Assembly: GCA_963555985.3 (NCBI GenBank)
Contig: OY820591.1
Location: forward strand, 320,001-384,000
DNA from: Dehalococcoidia bacterium
Lineage (GTDB): Bacteria > Chloroflexota > Dehalococcoidia > Bin125
Length of the DNA stretch: 64,000 nt
Direction of reading: 5' to 3'
The notes under the pieces were generated by a model. It was not told the DNA's origin, made no database searches, and saw nothing but the letters and a program-made list of their open reading frames with translations. The translations under genes were made by a program, and so were the position numbers. How positions within the stretch are numbered: the stretch's first letter is position 1; the number at the start of each line of letters is the position of its first letter. Of the stretch, positions 1-9,777 are shown piece after piece.

Positions 1-24
1 CCAACGAACGCAGAGGAGTCACCA

Positions 25-945
25 ATGGCACTCGTCATCAACAGAGGCCGGGCCAGGCGAATCGCCGAGCTGAACGCCGCCTCTGAGGTCGTCGAAACAG
101 CCTCCGGGCCCGTCGAATTCGCCCGCCATGGCGACCCGCCCTACGTCCTGATCATCCACGGCACGCCTCAGGGTCACAACGCGAGCTTTATCGGCGAGCC
201 CATGGAGGCAGCAGGCTTCGGCACGATCACGCCCTCCCGGCCCGGTTACCTCCGCACCCCCCTCGAAACCGGCCCCAGCTTCGAGGCCCAGGCCGACGCC
301 CTGGCCGCCTTGCTCGACGAACTCTCGATCGATCAGGTCGCTGCCTACGCCCTCTCCGGCGGCGGACCGACCGGCATCCAGTTCGCCGCCCGTCACCCCG
401 ATCGTGTCAGGGCGCTGATTCTCGAAGTCGCGATCTCGCAGACCTACAACCCCGCCGTGTCTGGCCTGGTCCTCGCCCTCTTCTCAGCCGGCATCTTCAT
501 CTGGCTTCAGGCACAGATGACGAGGTTCCTGCCCCGGCTCGCTGTGAGCCAGTTCGTTGGTCTCGAAAGCACCCTCGAGCCGGCGGATCGCGCGCGTGTC
601 ACGGCCGACATCCTCGCCTCGCCGGAAAAGATGGCCTTCGTGTGCGACCTGCAAGACAGCGCGCCGCCCATGAACCTGCTCCGCGCTGGATTCGACAACG
701 ACATGGAACGCTTCAGCGCCATCGAGCAACTGCCCATGCAAGACATCCGCTGTCCGACCTTGGTCGTCCACGGCACCCACGACGGCGACGTTCCCTTCAG
801 CCACGCCGAAGCCTCCGCCCAGGGCATTCCCGGAGCCGAACTCTTCGAAGTCGAGAAGGGCTGGCACCTGCTCGCCCTCAGCGACGGCGACAATGCCTAC
901 CAGCAGGCCGAGATCGACTTCCTGCGCGAGCATCTCGCCGGATAA
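25..945 (+). CDS. alpha/beta fold hydrolase
   Basis: IIHGTPQG oxyanion region, ALSGGG nucleophile elbow, HGTHDGDV, GWH catalytic His; GAGGAG RBS upstream. Confidence 0.85.
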   Translation: MALVINRGRARRIAELNAASEVVETASGPVEFARHGDPPYVLIIHGTPQGHNASFIGEPMEAAGFGTITPSRPGYLRTPLETGPSFEAQADALAALLDELSIDQVAAYALSGGGPTGIQFAARHPDRVRALILEVAISQTYNPAVSGLVLALFSAGIFIWLQAQMTRFLPRLAVSQFVGLESTLEPADRARVTADILASPEKMAFVCDLQDSAPPMNLLRAGFDNDMERFSAIEQLPMQDIRCPTLVVHGTHDGDVPFSHAEASAQGIPGAELFEVEKGWHLLALSDGDNAYQQAEIDFLREHLAG

Positions 946-1133
946 CCAGCGTGGCGCAGATGTCGATTAATGCGGCAAGCCGTGCTTGTCACAGAGGTGA
1001 GCGGCAGGGCCTACCCACAATCCTTCCGGTCTGAGCTCGCGCGGCGATCGGCGAGGCGTTGCGGCTCCTTGGGCGATGCCGTCAGCGGCTACATTGCAAG
1101 TACGGTCAGAGCCGAACAGAGGACAACGCAACG

Positions 1134-2027
1134 ATGAGCCAACGCACTAACGCCTTCCCCGAACTCGAACGCGACCTGCGCTTTTTCCCGCTCGGTGTGG
1201 ACGAACCTCGGCATCTGACTACCGATCAAATCCGGCAGTACAACGACAAGGGCTACGTCTTTCCGATCGATATCTTCTCGCAATCCGAGATCGAGGCGAT
1301 CCGCAGCTACTTCGACGAGCTCTTGCCCAAAGCGCTGGACGCGGGCTGGAATAGCTACGAACTGACCAACTGGCATAAGCACTGCCAGGGTGTCTGGGAC
1401 ATCGTGACCGACCGCCGCATCCTCGACATCATGGAGGACATGCTCGGCGACACGGTGATCCTGCGGCACAGTCACTTCTTCGCCAAGCTGCCGGGTGACG
1501 GGATGCGGGTGAGTTGGCACCAGGACGCCTCCTACTGGCCGCTCACGCCGAGCAAGGTCGTCTCCGCCTGGCTCGCGATCGATGACTCTGATGTCGGCAA
1601 CGGCGCGATGCAGGTGATTCCCGGCTCGCACCACAACCCGCAGGCCGCATTCCGCGACAGCACGGCCGAGGAGCGTAACGTGCTCAATCAGACCGTCGCG
1701 AATCCCGAAGACTACGGCGATCCGCCGGTCGCGCTGGAACTGCGTGCGGGCCAGATCTCACTGCACAGCGACTGGGTGTTGCACGGCTCGGATCCGAACG
1801 TATCGAACCGCCGCCGCTGCGGATTGGCGATGCGCTATCTGTCCAAGGACGTCCGCGCTTACAACGGCTGGAACGAGAACTCGATCGTCTGCCGCGGCGT
1901 TGAGCCGACCGGCCACTGGGCCAATCACCCACGTCCGGATGGCGAACTGATCCCGACCAAGGAGGGGCTCGATGCTGTCACGGCGTCGAGTATGGCGCTG
2001 CGTTCGGGCGACGACGCAGCCGAATAA
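1134..2027 (+). CDS. phytanoyl-CoA dioxygenase (PhyH)-family Fe(II)/2-oxoglutarate oxygenase
   Basis: WHQD HxD motif, AWLAIDD..NGAMQVIPGSH, LHGS..N.S.RRR; ATG 1134 follows GAGGA. Confidence 0.85.
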   Translation: MSQRTNAFPELERDLRFFPLGVDEPRHLTTDQIRQYNDKGYVFPIDIFSQSEIEAIRSYFDELLPKALDAGWNSYELTNWHKHCQGVWDIVTDRRILDIMEDMLGDTVILRHSHFFAKLPGDGMRVSWHQDASYWPLTPSKVVSAWLAIDDSDVGNGAMQVIPGSHHNPQAAFRDSTAEERNVLNQTVANPEDYGDPPVALELRAGQISLHSDWVLHGSDPNVSNRRRCGLAMRYLSKDVRAYNGWNENSIVCRGVEPTGHWANHPRPDGELIPTKEGLDAVTASSMALRSGDDAAE

Positions 2028-2038
2028 CGCAGCGACGC

Positions 2039-3826
2039 TCAGTCCAGATCGGTCACGCTCGCCCCGTTGCGCCCCGCCACCGAGTGCTGCGGCCGCACCT
2101 GCGCCACCCAAGCCATCCCTTCCTCGCCGCCCGGCACGCGCGCTCCGTTGCCGCTCGCATTCGCCTCGCTCACGACTGGTATGAACGCCGGCTCGTCAAA
2201 CGTCTGGGCAGGTCCGTAATGGCGATGGTCGACGGGATCCGGCTCGTCGTGCTCTCCGGTGCGGAGCCGTTTCTCGCGCAAGGTTAGGACGGCGACCAGC
2301 GAGATCATGCCGACGCCCACCGAGATCCAGAAGTTGCTCGTGATCGCGACGGCCAGCGCTTCGGGCAGCGTGACGAGAATCTCGATGAATCCTGATTCCC
2401 CGATCTCAGCTAGGAGTCCGGCTCTCGCTTCCTCGTTCAGCAGTTGCGTCGGGTCGGCGTGAGCGGCAAGGTCGGCCGGCAATCGGGAAGCGAGTTCGCT
2501 CGCCAGCCGCCCCGTGACGAGTGCGCCAACCAGCGTCACACCAATGATCCCGCCGATCTCCTGGAAAAACTGGGTCGCCCCGGAAATCGTGCCCAGCATG
2601 GCCTGCGGGAGCGCGTTCTGCGCTGCCGTCATCAGCGACGGGTAGAGCAGCCCCAGTCCGGTACCGAAGATCACCAGCCGCCAGACTACGTCCACCGCCC
2701 CGGATTCCGTGCTCAGCTGGGTCATTAACCAGGAGCCAATCACGATCACGAACGCGGCGATGATCGCCAGGATCTTGTAACGGCCGGTGCGCGACATTAC
2801 CTGGCCGGCGATCGAGGCCATGAACACCATCGAGATAATCTCGGCGCTCAAGAGCAGGCCCGAGGCAGTCGGCGTGTAGCCCAGCACGCCCTGCATGAAG
2901 TAGGCGAGGAAGAACGAGACGCCGAACAGTCCGCCGCCGACCACGGCCATCACCAGCGCTGCCACTCGGAAGGTGTGATTGCGGAACAGCGCGCCGGGCA
3001 AGATTGGCTCCTTCGCGGTTCGCTCTGCCGCGATGAAGGCGATCACGCCCACGCCCGAGACGCCGAACAGCGCCAGGGTCTTGATGTCGAGCCAGGCAGT
3101 CCCGGTCGAGACCAGCGCCAGGGCCAGCATCGCCGGCATCAACATCAGCAGCATCGCGCCGATCCCCAGCCAGTCGATTGTGACTTTGCGCGGCGGCGGC
3201 CGCAGCCAGGGCATGATGAAGGCGATCGAGGCGAACGCCAACACTGCCAGGGGCAGAATTGACCAGAACACCCAGCGCCAGCTCAGCGCGTCAACGATCA
3301 GTCCCCCGAGCAGCGGCCCGATCAACCCGCCGATCCCGAATACGGCCGCGAAGATGCCCATGTACTTGGCGCGTTCGGATGGCGGAAACAGATCGCCGGA
3401 GATCGAGAACGAGTTGCCCATCAGGATCCCGCCGCCGATGCCTTGCAAGGCGCGGAAGCCGATCAGCATCTCCATCGAGGTGGCGAAACCGGCTAAGGCG
3501 GTGGCTCCGGCAAAGATCACCAGGCCGATCAGCAGGAACGGTTTGCGTCCGTACGAATCAGATAAGCGCCCGGCGATCGCGACGGCCGGCATGGAGGTCG
3601 CCATGAAGGCCGACTCCATGAACGCGATCAGATCGAAGCGGCCCAGATCTGCGGCCAGCACCGGCGTCGCCGTGGCGACGATCGAGTGCTGCACCGCAGA
3701 GAGGAACATCGCGACGACGGCGCTGCCAAGAATCAGCATCTTGGTGCGATGCGGCAGTGCGAAGCCGACGGTCGCGGCAGTCGGGGTGAATTCCAGCGCT
3801 GGCGCGTCCGCTGTGGAATGACTCAT
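2039..3826 (-). CDS. MFS transporter, DHA2 (EmrB/QacA-like 14-TM) family
   Basis: GRLSDSYGRK motif A, FRALQGIGGG, many hydrophobic helices; about 70-aa hydrophilic C-terminal tail. Confidence 0.85.
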   Translation of the reverse strand: MSHSTADAPALEFTPTAATVGFALPHRTKMLILGSAVVAMFLSAVQHSIVATATPVLAADLGRFDLIAFMESAFMATSMPAVAIAGRLSDSYGRKPFLLIGLVIFAGATALAGFATSMEMLIGFRALQGIGGGILMGNSFSISGDLFPPSERAKYMGIFAAVFGIGGLIGPLLGGLIVDALSWRWVFWSILPLAVLAFASIAFIMPWLRPPPRKVTIDWLGIGAMLLMLMPAMLALALVSTGTAWLDIKTLALFGVSGVGVIAFIAAERTAKEPILPGALFRNHTFRVAALVMAVVGGGLFGVSFFLAYFMQGVLGYTPTASGLLLSAEIISMVFMASIAGQVMSRTGRYKILAIIAAFVIVIGSWLMTQLSTESGAVDVVWRLVIFGTGLGLLYPSLMTAAQNALPQAMLGTISGATQFFQEIGGIIGVTLVGALVTGRLASELASRLPADLAAHADPTQLLNEEARAGLLAEIGESGFIEILVTLPEALAVAITSNFWISVGVGMISLVAVLTLREKRLRTGEHDEPDPVDHRHYGPAQTFDEPAFIPVVSEANASGNGARVPGGEEGMAWVAQVRPQHSVAGRNGASVTDLD

Positions 3827-3984
3827 GGGCGCTTCTCGTGCGTGTCCACACTAACGGCAGGACTTGCCGAAGCGCTGTGAGATACGTAGCAGAGAGGCGA
3901 TTTGGTTCCGGCGAGTTCGAGTATTGCGCCGCTCAACCGCTGGCCTCAGCCGACGGTCCATCCGGCGGTGTGAGCGAGTCGAGC

Positions 3985-4120
3985 ATGGCATTGCTATTCA
4001 CCGCGGGCGCGCGGTGGCGACGGACGCGCTCGATCGGATTGCGCCGGGAGCCGCCGTCGGAGCTGGCTGCCCGACGCTGGTCGACCCGATCTGCATCCGT
4101 GAGATGGTCGCGTACGCCGC
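3985..4120 (+). pseudogene. collapsed remnant of a YtcJ-like amidohydrolase (N-terminus fused to C-terminus)
   Basis: MALLFT..TDALDRIAPGAAV resembles MELLFTGGRVLTMDALDRIASGVAV (9909); PTLVDPICIREMV resembles PTLVDPTFIREIV (about 13210); upstream GAGTCGA shared. Confidence 0.7.
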
Positions 4121-4141
4121 TTGGAGCCGCCCGGGCGAGTC

Positions 4142-4435
4142 TTAGCCGTCGTAGCCCTGCACCGCTAACACGCTGGATCGCACGGCCCGGTGGCGAAGCT
4201 CATCAAGCGTCGTGTACTCGGCCGAGCTGAGGAACTCGCTGGCCCCATTCGCGCTCTCGAACTGCATGATCACGAGTCGTTGCGGTCTCCAGTCACCCTC
4301 CATGGCCTCCGGATTGCCGCCGCGCACGAGGAACGTACCGCCGTGGGCCGCCAGTGCGTCGGCAATCTTCGCTGCGAACTCCGAGTACGCTTCTTCGTCC
4401 AACGTCTCGGTGTCAATCACGACGTAACTGCTCAT
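4142..4435 (-). CDS. DUF1330 domain protein
   Basis: HGGTFLVRGG..EGDW.P.RLVIMQF.S..S.EY pattern. Confidence 0.85.
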   Translation of the reverse strand: MSSYVVIDTETLDEEAYSEFAAKIADALAAHGGTFLVRGGNPEAMEGDWRPQRLVIMQFESANGASEFLSSAEYTTLDELRHRAVRSSVLAVQGYDG

Positions 4436-4510
4436 CTCAGCAAACCCTTTCTTTGGCAACCGCGCGTTTGGCGCGCAGTTTTCGGCGTGTGGGTCGAGCT
4501 CCGGTCTCGT

Positions 4511-6247
4511 TCATGAACGAAAACCTTCGATCTCGACCGTGACGATGTCGATACCATAATACTTCCGGTGTCTCACCGCCGAGGCGTAGAAGCGCAACAG
4601 GCGGAACGAGATATCGCCGACATCAGGTTCCTCGGCCTGGTCGCTCAAATAGGCAATGCGGTCTTCAATGTTCTCCTCGGAGAACAGCGCTAGGAACTCT
4701 AACTCGACTGAGCCGCTGCCCGGGCGGGCGATCAGCACCAGGCGGGGCGGCTGGTCGGATTCATAATCGTCGCGCAGATGCAGCATCGCGGAAAGGGTTT
4801 CTTCGCCTGCCGCGTGCAGTTGGTCGATCGATGCTTGATTCCAGCGCAGATCGGCGCCGAGTTTGCGCAGGAACGCCTCAATGTCGGGCAAGGCTGAGAG
4901 GTCCAACGCAGTCTCCAGGCGCCGGGAGCGTGAGCCGGTCAGCTCGAGCACCAGCGTCAGCAGAATCGCGGCGAATACGCCGAATACGACGCCGTTGCCC
5001 AGGGTCGCTCCCCAGGTGCCGCCGATGATGTCGGCCAGGATGTTCTGGTTCTGCAGGCCGACTGTGATCGCGAGCGAAACGCCAACAATGAAGGCTCGTT
5101 GCCGGTTGAGTCCCTCGCGCAGGACAGTGCGCATACCTTCGACGAAGAGCAGCCCCATGATGACCATCAGCAACGCGCCGCTGACCGGTCGCGGCATCGT
5201 GAGCAGTATGGCCACGATCTTGGGCAGCAACGCGACCACGATCAGGATCGCGCCGATGACAATGCCGACCCGCCGGGCGGCGACTCCGGTGAACTGGAAC
5301 AACGAGATGGTTGACGGCAGGTAGGCGATGGTGGGCAGGATGCCGGCGATTCCCGACAGCAGGAGCGCGATTCCGCCGACGTTCAAGGTGCGCTGGACGC
5401 CGCGAAAGTCGATGCTGCGCGGTTCGCGCCGGGAGGCCTGCTGGATCGCGGCGCCTTCGCTGCTGGATCTGATCGCGACCACGGCGCTGACGACCAGAAA
5501 GACGAGCAGTAACGCCCAGAAGTCTTCGTCCAACACCGAACCGAAGCCGGGCCAGCCGGAGACCTCGGGGAGATCGAACCAGGGTGCGTCGAGCGCCCGT
5601 TGGATGTCATATACGCCAAGCGGCACGGCGATCGCGCAGCCCGCTACCAAAGCGATCGGCAGGGCCCAGAGGCTCCAGAGGCCAGTTCCGCGCAACATCA
5701 GCAGGGCGGTGATAGCCAGAGTCGCCAATCCCACTCCGGGGCCGGCCAGGTCGCTCACGCCGGCAGGCACGTCGGTGAACCGTTCAATTGCGATCGGCAT
5801 GGCCAGGACTGCGATGATCATGAATGCGACGCCGGAGACGACGGGTGTGATCAGGCGGCGCATCTGCGCCAGTCGAGCCGCTACTGCGAATTGCACGAAC
5901 GATGAGGCGATCACAAGGCTCGACATCATCGCCAGACCACCTTGTTCCACAGCGAGCACACAGGCGGCGAGAAACGGGACTCCCGATCCCATCAGGAGCG
6001 TGTGGCCCGGTCCCAAGCGGCCAATCTTCGATGCGTGCAGCGCCGTGGTCAGGCCGGCAACGATCAGGGCGCCAACAATGGCCCAGGTCACATAGCTGCC
6101 ATCGTCGCCAATCGCGGCAGAAAAGAGCACCACCCAAGTGACCACGTTCGAGACGATCAGGACCGCGCCCTGGAACGCGACATTGAGCGTCAACGGCGGC
6201 GGGACGGTCTCTTCGGGTTCGTAACGGATGTGGTCGTTCGCGGCCAT
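4511..6247 (-). CDS. NCS2 (xanthine/uracil permease) family transporter with C-terminal soluble domain
   Basis: IRYEPEE.P N-terminus, ITPVVSG, TGVAARRVG, PKI...MPRPVSG; about 140-aa soluble tail. Confidence 0.8.
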   Translation of the reverse strand: MAANDHIRYEPEETVPPPLTLNVAFQGAVLIVSNVVTWVVLFSAAIGDDGSYVTWAIVGALIVAGLTTALHASKIGRLGPGHTLLMGSGVPFLAACVLAVEQGGLAMMSSLVIASSFVQFAVAARLAQMRRLITPVVSGVAFMIIAVLAMPIAIERFTDVPAGVSDLAGPGVGLATLAITALLMLRGTGLWSLWALPIALVAGCAIAVPLGVYDIQRALDAPWFDLPEVSGWPGFGSVLDEDFWALLLVFLVVSAVVAIRSSSEGAAIQQASRREPRSIDFRGVQRTLNVGGIALLLSGIAGILPTIAYLPSTISLFQFTGVAARRVGIVIGAILIVVALLPKIVAILLTMPRPVSGALLMVIMGLLFVEGMRTVLREGLNRQRAFIVGVSLAITVGLQNQNILADIIGGTWGATLGNGVVFGVFAAILLTLVLELTGSRSRRLETALDLSALPDIEAFLRKLGADLRWNQASIDQLHAAGEETLSAMLHLRDDYESDQPPRLVLIARPGSGSVELEFLALFSEENIEDRIAYLSDQAEEPDVGDISFRLLRFYASAVRHRKYYGIDIVTVEIEGFRS

Positions 6248-6336
6248 CTTCGCCGGCCTCGTTACCGCTCGGCGCCCTGATCCATCGGTACGCCCGCCAC
6301 AGGCTACGGCCTGGTGCAGCCGGTTCCGAGGCTGGG

Positions 6337-7431
6337 TCAATCGCGAGGTTTCGGTTCGGCGTGTGAGTCGGCCGGGTCCACTGTGTCGGGCAGGAATTGC
6401 CGGTACCAGCGACGCATGGCGTGCACCGGGCCGTCGTCGCGGCAGAGCACGGGACGAGCGCGGTAGACCTTGTTCTCCCAGATCTCGATGTCTTGTTGCC
6501 ACTGGGACACCCAGCCGCCGATCACGTACGAGACCAACAGTCTGGGCGCATGTCGATCAGCGAACCAGTGGAAGTGGACTCTCTGTTCCAGCGGCCCGAC
6601 CGGGAGAAGGGTCTGATACATCGCAATCTCGCCCACTTTGGGGATCGAGAAGCGAAAGATGATCACGCCGCCCGGTCCCCAGAACGACACCCGCGCATGT
6701 ACTTTGACTTGATCGATTCGGCGACCAAACAAGTTGAGCACCGCATCATCGAGTAGATGCATGGCCCAGGGACGCTCGTCATCGAGCATCCAATCGATTG
6801 AGTGTTCGACCTGGATTCCGCGTATGGGGATCGGTGTCCAGGGAATCAGGAACTGACCGTGCAGCGGCTGAAAGTGAGCGGAGTCGGCCACATTCTCGGC
6901 GAACTCGATGATGTGCATCCCTACGCGGCCGCCATCGTGGTGACCGCGATAGACGAAACGGCCGTCGTCCACTTCCTCAATCCGGGGGACATCGTAGGGA
7001 GGCGGGAGATCGTCGCCGTAGGCCGAGCGGTCGTGACGGTGATAGGCGAAGATCTGCCCGTGGACTTCTTGTACGGGAAACGGCCTGGTCAGGACGCCCG
7101 TGGGCGGGTGCTCGCTGTAGGGGATGTGCCGGACGCGACCATCGTTGTCGAATTGCCAGAGGTGGAAGGGGCACTCGATGCAGTCGCCGCGAACGCGCCC
7201 CAGCGCGAGGTTGGTTCCGAGATGCGGGCAGAAGGCGTCCATCAGATGTACGCGGCCGCTGTCCTGTTCGCGCCAGAGGACGAACTGACCGCCGAGGCAC
7301 TCGAGGTAGCGAGTCTGGCCGCGACGCAGCGATGCCGAGGCTGCCAGTCGATACCAGCCCTCGGGGTAGGGGTGGGGGTAGCTCGCCACTCGCGGCGCAT
7401 CGGAGACGCGCGGGGCGCGGCGGCGAATCAT
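6337..7431 (-). CDS. Rieske [2Fe-2S] oxygenase, Neverland (cholesterol 7-desaturase)/KshA-like, copy 1
   Basis: PYPEGWY, CPHLG..CIECPFH Rieske motif, ENVADSAHFQPLH Fe site, DIEIWENK..DGPV..MRRWY C-terminus. Confidence 0.8.
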   Translation of the reverse strand: MIRRRAPRVSDAPRVASYPHPYPEGWYRLAASASLRRGQTRYLECLGGQFVLWREQDSGRVHLMDAFCPHLGTNLALGRVRGDCIECPFHLWQFDNDGRVRHIPYSEHPPTGVLTRPFPVQEVHGQIFAYHRHDRSAYGDDLPPPYDVPRIEEVDDGRFVYRGHHDGGRVGMHIIEFAENVADSAHFQPLHGQFLIPWTPIPIRGIQVEHSIDWMLDDERPWAMHLLDDAVLNLFGRRIDQVKVHARVSFWGPGGVIIFRFSIPKVGEIAMYQTLLPVGPLEQRVHFHWFADRHAPRLLVSYVIGGWVSQWQQDIEIWENKVYRARPVLCRDDGPVHAMRRWYRQFLPDTVDPADSHAEPKPRD

Positions 7432-7496
7432 GGGTCCGAGGGCGACGGCGCGCTATCGACCGCCGGCTTGCGGGCGTCTGGTTGGGCGTTCGTCAT
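7428..7496 (-). pseudogene. 22-codon in-frame scar of a sterol methyltransferase gene
   Basis: MTNAQPD-ARKPAVDSAPSPSDP* resembles SMT start MAKVQPE plus SMT end ARKPPADEETPC*; stop overlaps the Rieske ATG (ATGA). Confidence 0.65.
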
Positions 7497-7543
7497 AGCG
7501 GCAATGTAGCAAGCGTTGCGGTGGTTGGGTGTTTAGCGCCCTA

Positions 7544-8563
7544 CTAGTCCCCCCGGCAGAACGCCGCCACGTCTCGCGCGGTCGCCAGCGCCAGATCGGT
7601 GCACGGTAGGACCATGTTGTCGCCGCCGTGGATCGTGCCCATCACCTGCCGGCAGCGCGCCGACTGACCCGCGCGCAGCAGCAGACGATAGAACTCGATC
7701 CCCTCGTCGCGCAGCGGGTCGCACTCGTTGACGCTGATTACGGTTGTGGGGAATCCCTGGACATGCTCCTCGTTGGCGAACAGCGGCCAGGCCTCGGGAT
7801 CCTGCGCCTCGAACGCATCCATGCCATAGCCCATTCTGCCAAAGTTGCTGTGCGAATCGAGCCAGACTTCGTTGTTCTCGATCGACGAGGGCAGGTCATC
7901 GCGCGGCCTGCTCCCGGCGATGTCGGGGCACATGGCGTAGAGCCCGTTGACCAGCCCCGCATCGCCCTCGCGGGTCAACCGCAGACCAAGCGCGAGCGTG
8001 AGATTGCCGCCCCCGCTCTCGCCCGCGACGAGGATCCGGCTCGCGTCGATGCCGAACTCGTCCGCCTGCGAGATCAACCAGCGCAGTCCGGACACGCAGT
8101 CGTTCAACCCCGCTGGATATGGCGCAATCTCCGGCGCCGACGATGGGATCACGCAGTTGCGGAAGTCGACCATCGCCACGGCCACGCCCTGGTTCGCGAT
8201 CATCCGCCCCCAGGCTTGGTAGCCCAGGTCGAAGGCCGATGTGACCGCCATGCCGCCGCCGTGGATGTGGTACACGCAGGCCAGCGGAGCGTCGGACTTA
8301 GGCCGCATCAGTGAGACCTGAATCGTGTTGCCGTCCGGTTCCGAGACGAACGTCTCGGTGGTGATCGTCAAGCCCTCGGACGGTGCGACAGCCTCCGCCT
8401 CTTCCTCCGTGAACAGCGTCGTCGCGTGCAGGCCCTCAAGCACCTCCGGCGCATTCATCGCCGCAACTAGCTCTTCTCGCGAGTCGAAGTTCGGCAGCGG
8501 AAATGCCGACAGCCCGCCAAACATCTCCTTGATTCGCGGGTCGATTCGGGGGTCCTCAGTCAT
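7544..8563 (-). CDS. HSL-family esterase/lipase (Abhydrolase_3)
   Basis: HGGG, GESGGG, ECDPLRDEG, catalytic H; the upstream ATG at 8605 lies in the MITE terminus, so 8563 is preferred. Confidence 0.85.
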   Translation of the reverse strand: MTEDPRIDPRIKEMFGGLSAFPLPNFDSREELVAAMNAPEVLEGLHATTLFTEEEAEAVAPSEGLTITTETFVSEPDGNTIQVSLMRPKSDAPLACVYHIHGGGMAVTSAFDLGYQAWGRMIANQGVAVAMVDFRNCVIPSSAPEIAPYPAGLNDCVSGLRWLISQADEFGIDASRILVAGESGGGNLTLALGLRLTREGDAGLVNGLYAMCPDIAGSRPRDDLPSSIENNEVWLDSHSNFGRMGYGMDAFEAQDPEAWPLFANEEHVQGFPTTVISVNECDPLRDEGIEFYRLLLRAGQSARCRQVMGTIHGGDNMVLPCTDLALATARDVAAFCRGD

Positions 8564-8599
8564 CCGGCTCACGAGTCGCTCCTGCCTTGATCCTGGCTC

Positions 8600-8988
8600 G
8601 GACATGTTCAGACTGCGCGAAGTGCGTCGGGGCTGTTTGGCGGGAGAATTTCGGAGGGATTGAGCGGATCTCCTGGCGAGCGCTGAGGATCGTGCGTTTG
8701 AGGGTCTGGATTTGTCCAGATTTGTCCAGATCTGTCTGGATTCGTCTGGATTGATCTCGATTCGGGCGGATTTTTTCCAGGCGAATCCGGGCTTGTCCAG
8801 CGCCGTCCGGGTTTGGAGCGAGTCGTTTGTGGGACACAGCGGTCTCCGATTGGATTCGTGCGCGTATATGTTCTGAGCATACCCGGTTTCGGCTCGGTGG
8901 AGGAGGGCGGGGCAGGGAGCGCCGAGGCTCAGTCTCGAGACCAGCGCGCGTGCGGGCCGACCGCGCTCGTGGTTGTGTGAACAGGCCC
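8600..8988. mobile_element. ~388-bp MITE-like element, copy 1
   Basis: Near-identical direct repeat of 28324-28710; ends GGACATGTTCA...TGAACAGGCCC; no transposase. Confidence 0.75.
8704..8763. repeat. 10-bp tandem repeat array (GTCYRGATYY x ~6)
   Basis: gtctggattt gtccagattt gtccagatct gtctggattc gtctggattg atctcgattc. Confidence 0.85.
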
Positions 8989-9777
8989 TCAGACCTCACT
9001 GTGAGCCTCAGCCAGCAGTTCATCGAGCACGGTGTTGTACGCGGCCGGCAGCTCCCAGTAGACCGAATGCCCGCCGGTTGGCACCTCAACGTAGCGGGCG
9101 TGCGGGATCAGCTTGGCCGCCTCCTGCACGATGGCCGGCGGCACCAGTTCGTCCTCGGAGCCGGAGAGCAGCACGACGGGCATGTTGAGATTGCCGAGTT
9201 CCTCGTTGGAAGCGGCTCCGCCCTCGACGCCGAAGCCCGCCCGCACCATCTGATCCAGCGACGGGTTCAGCGCTCGAATCTGGTTGTAGAGGAAGACGCC
9301 TTCGGGCGAACGCTCGCGGTAGGCCGGCCCGACCATCCGATTTTGCTGGAGCACCGCCGGCGCATTTGCGGCCTGTTTCTGGAATTCGGCAACCAGCCCT
9401 TCGTCGCCGAATCCGATGATCGTGCCGGACAACAGCAGCGCTGTGACTCGCTCAGGGTTGCGCACGGCATAGGGCAGGACGCTGAAGCCGCCCAGCGACT
9501 GTCCGGCCAGCGCGGCCCGCCCGATCTCAAGATGATCCATCAGTTCGCCGAGGTCGCGCGGATGAGCTGCGTTGCCCTCGCGGGAGCGATCCTCGCTGCG
9601 CCCGAAGCTGCGCACGTCATAGGTCACGCAGCGAAACCGATCGCTGAAGTGAGGAATCTGGTTCCACCAACTCAGATGATTCCCCCCACCCCCGTGGACG
9701 AACACAATCGCCTCTGGCCCCTCGCCGAACTCCTCGTAGAACAGCGTGCCGCCGGTCACTTCAAGCATTTCGGGCAT
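8989..9777 (-). CDS. alpha/beta fold hydrolase
   Basis: VHGGGG, GQSLGG, GSEDELV, GGHS. Confidence 0.85.
   Translation of the reverse strand: MPEMLEVTGGTLFYEEFGEGPEAIVFVHGGGGNHLSWWNQIPHFSDRFRCVTYDVRSFGRSEDRSREGNAAHPRDLGELMDHLEIGRAALAGQSLGGFSVLPYAVRNPERVTALLLSGTIIGFGDEGLVAEFQKQAANAPAVLQQNRMVGPAYRERSPEGVFLYNQIRALNPSLDQMVRAGFGVEGGAASNEELGNLNMPVVLLSGSEDELVPPAIVQEAAKLIPHARYVEVPTGGHSVYWELPAAYNTVLDELLAEAHSEV

Noticed and set aside
8564-8605. Esterase N-terminal extension from ATG 8605
   Set aside because: This ATG falls within the MITE terminal repeat, so ATG 8563 is more plausible, though not proven.
8704-8763. Possible CRISPR array in the 10-bp repeats or REP clusters
   Set aside because: There are no 25-45-bp repeats with unique regular spacers and no cas genes.
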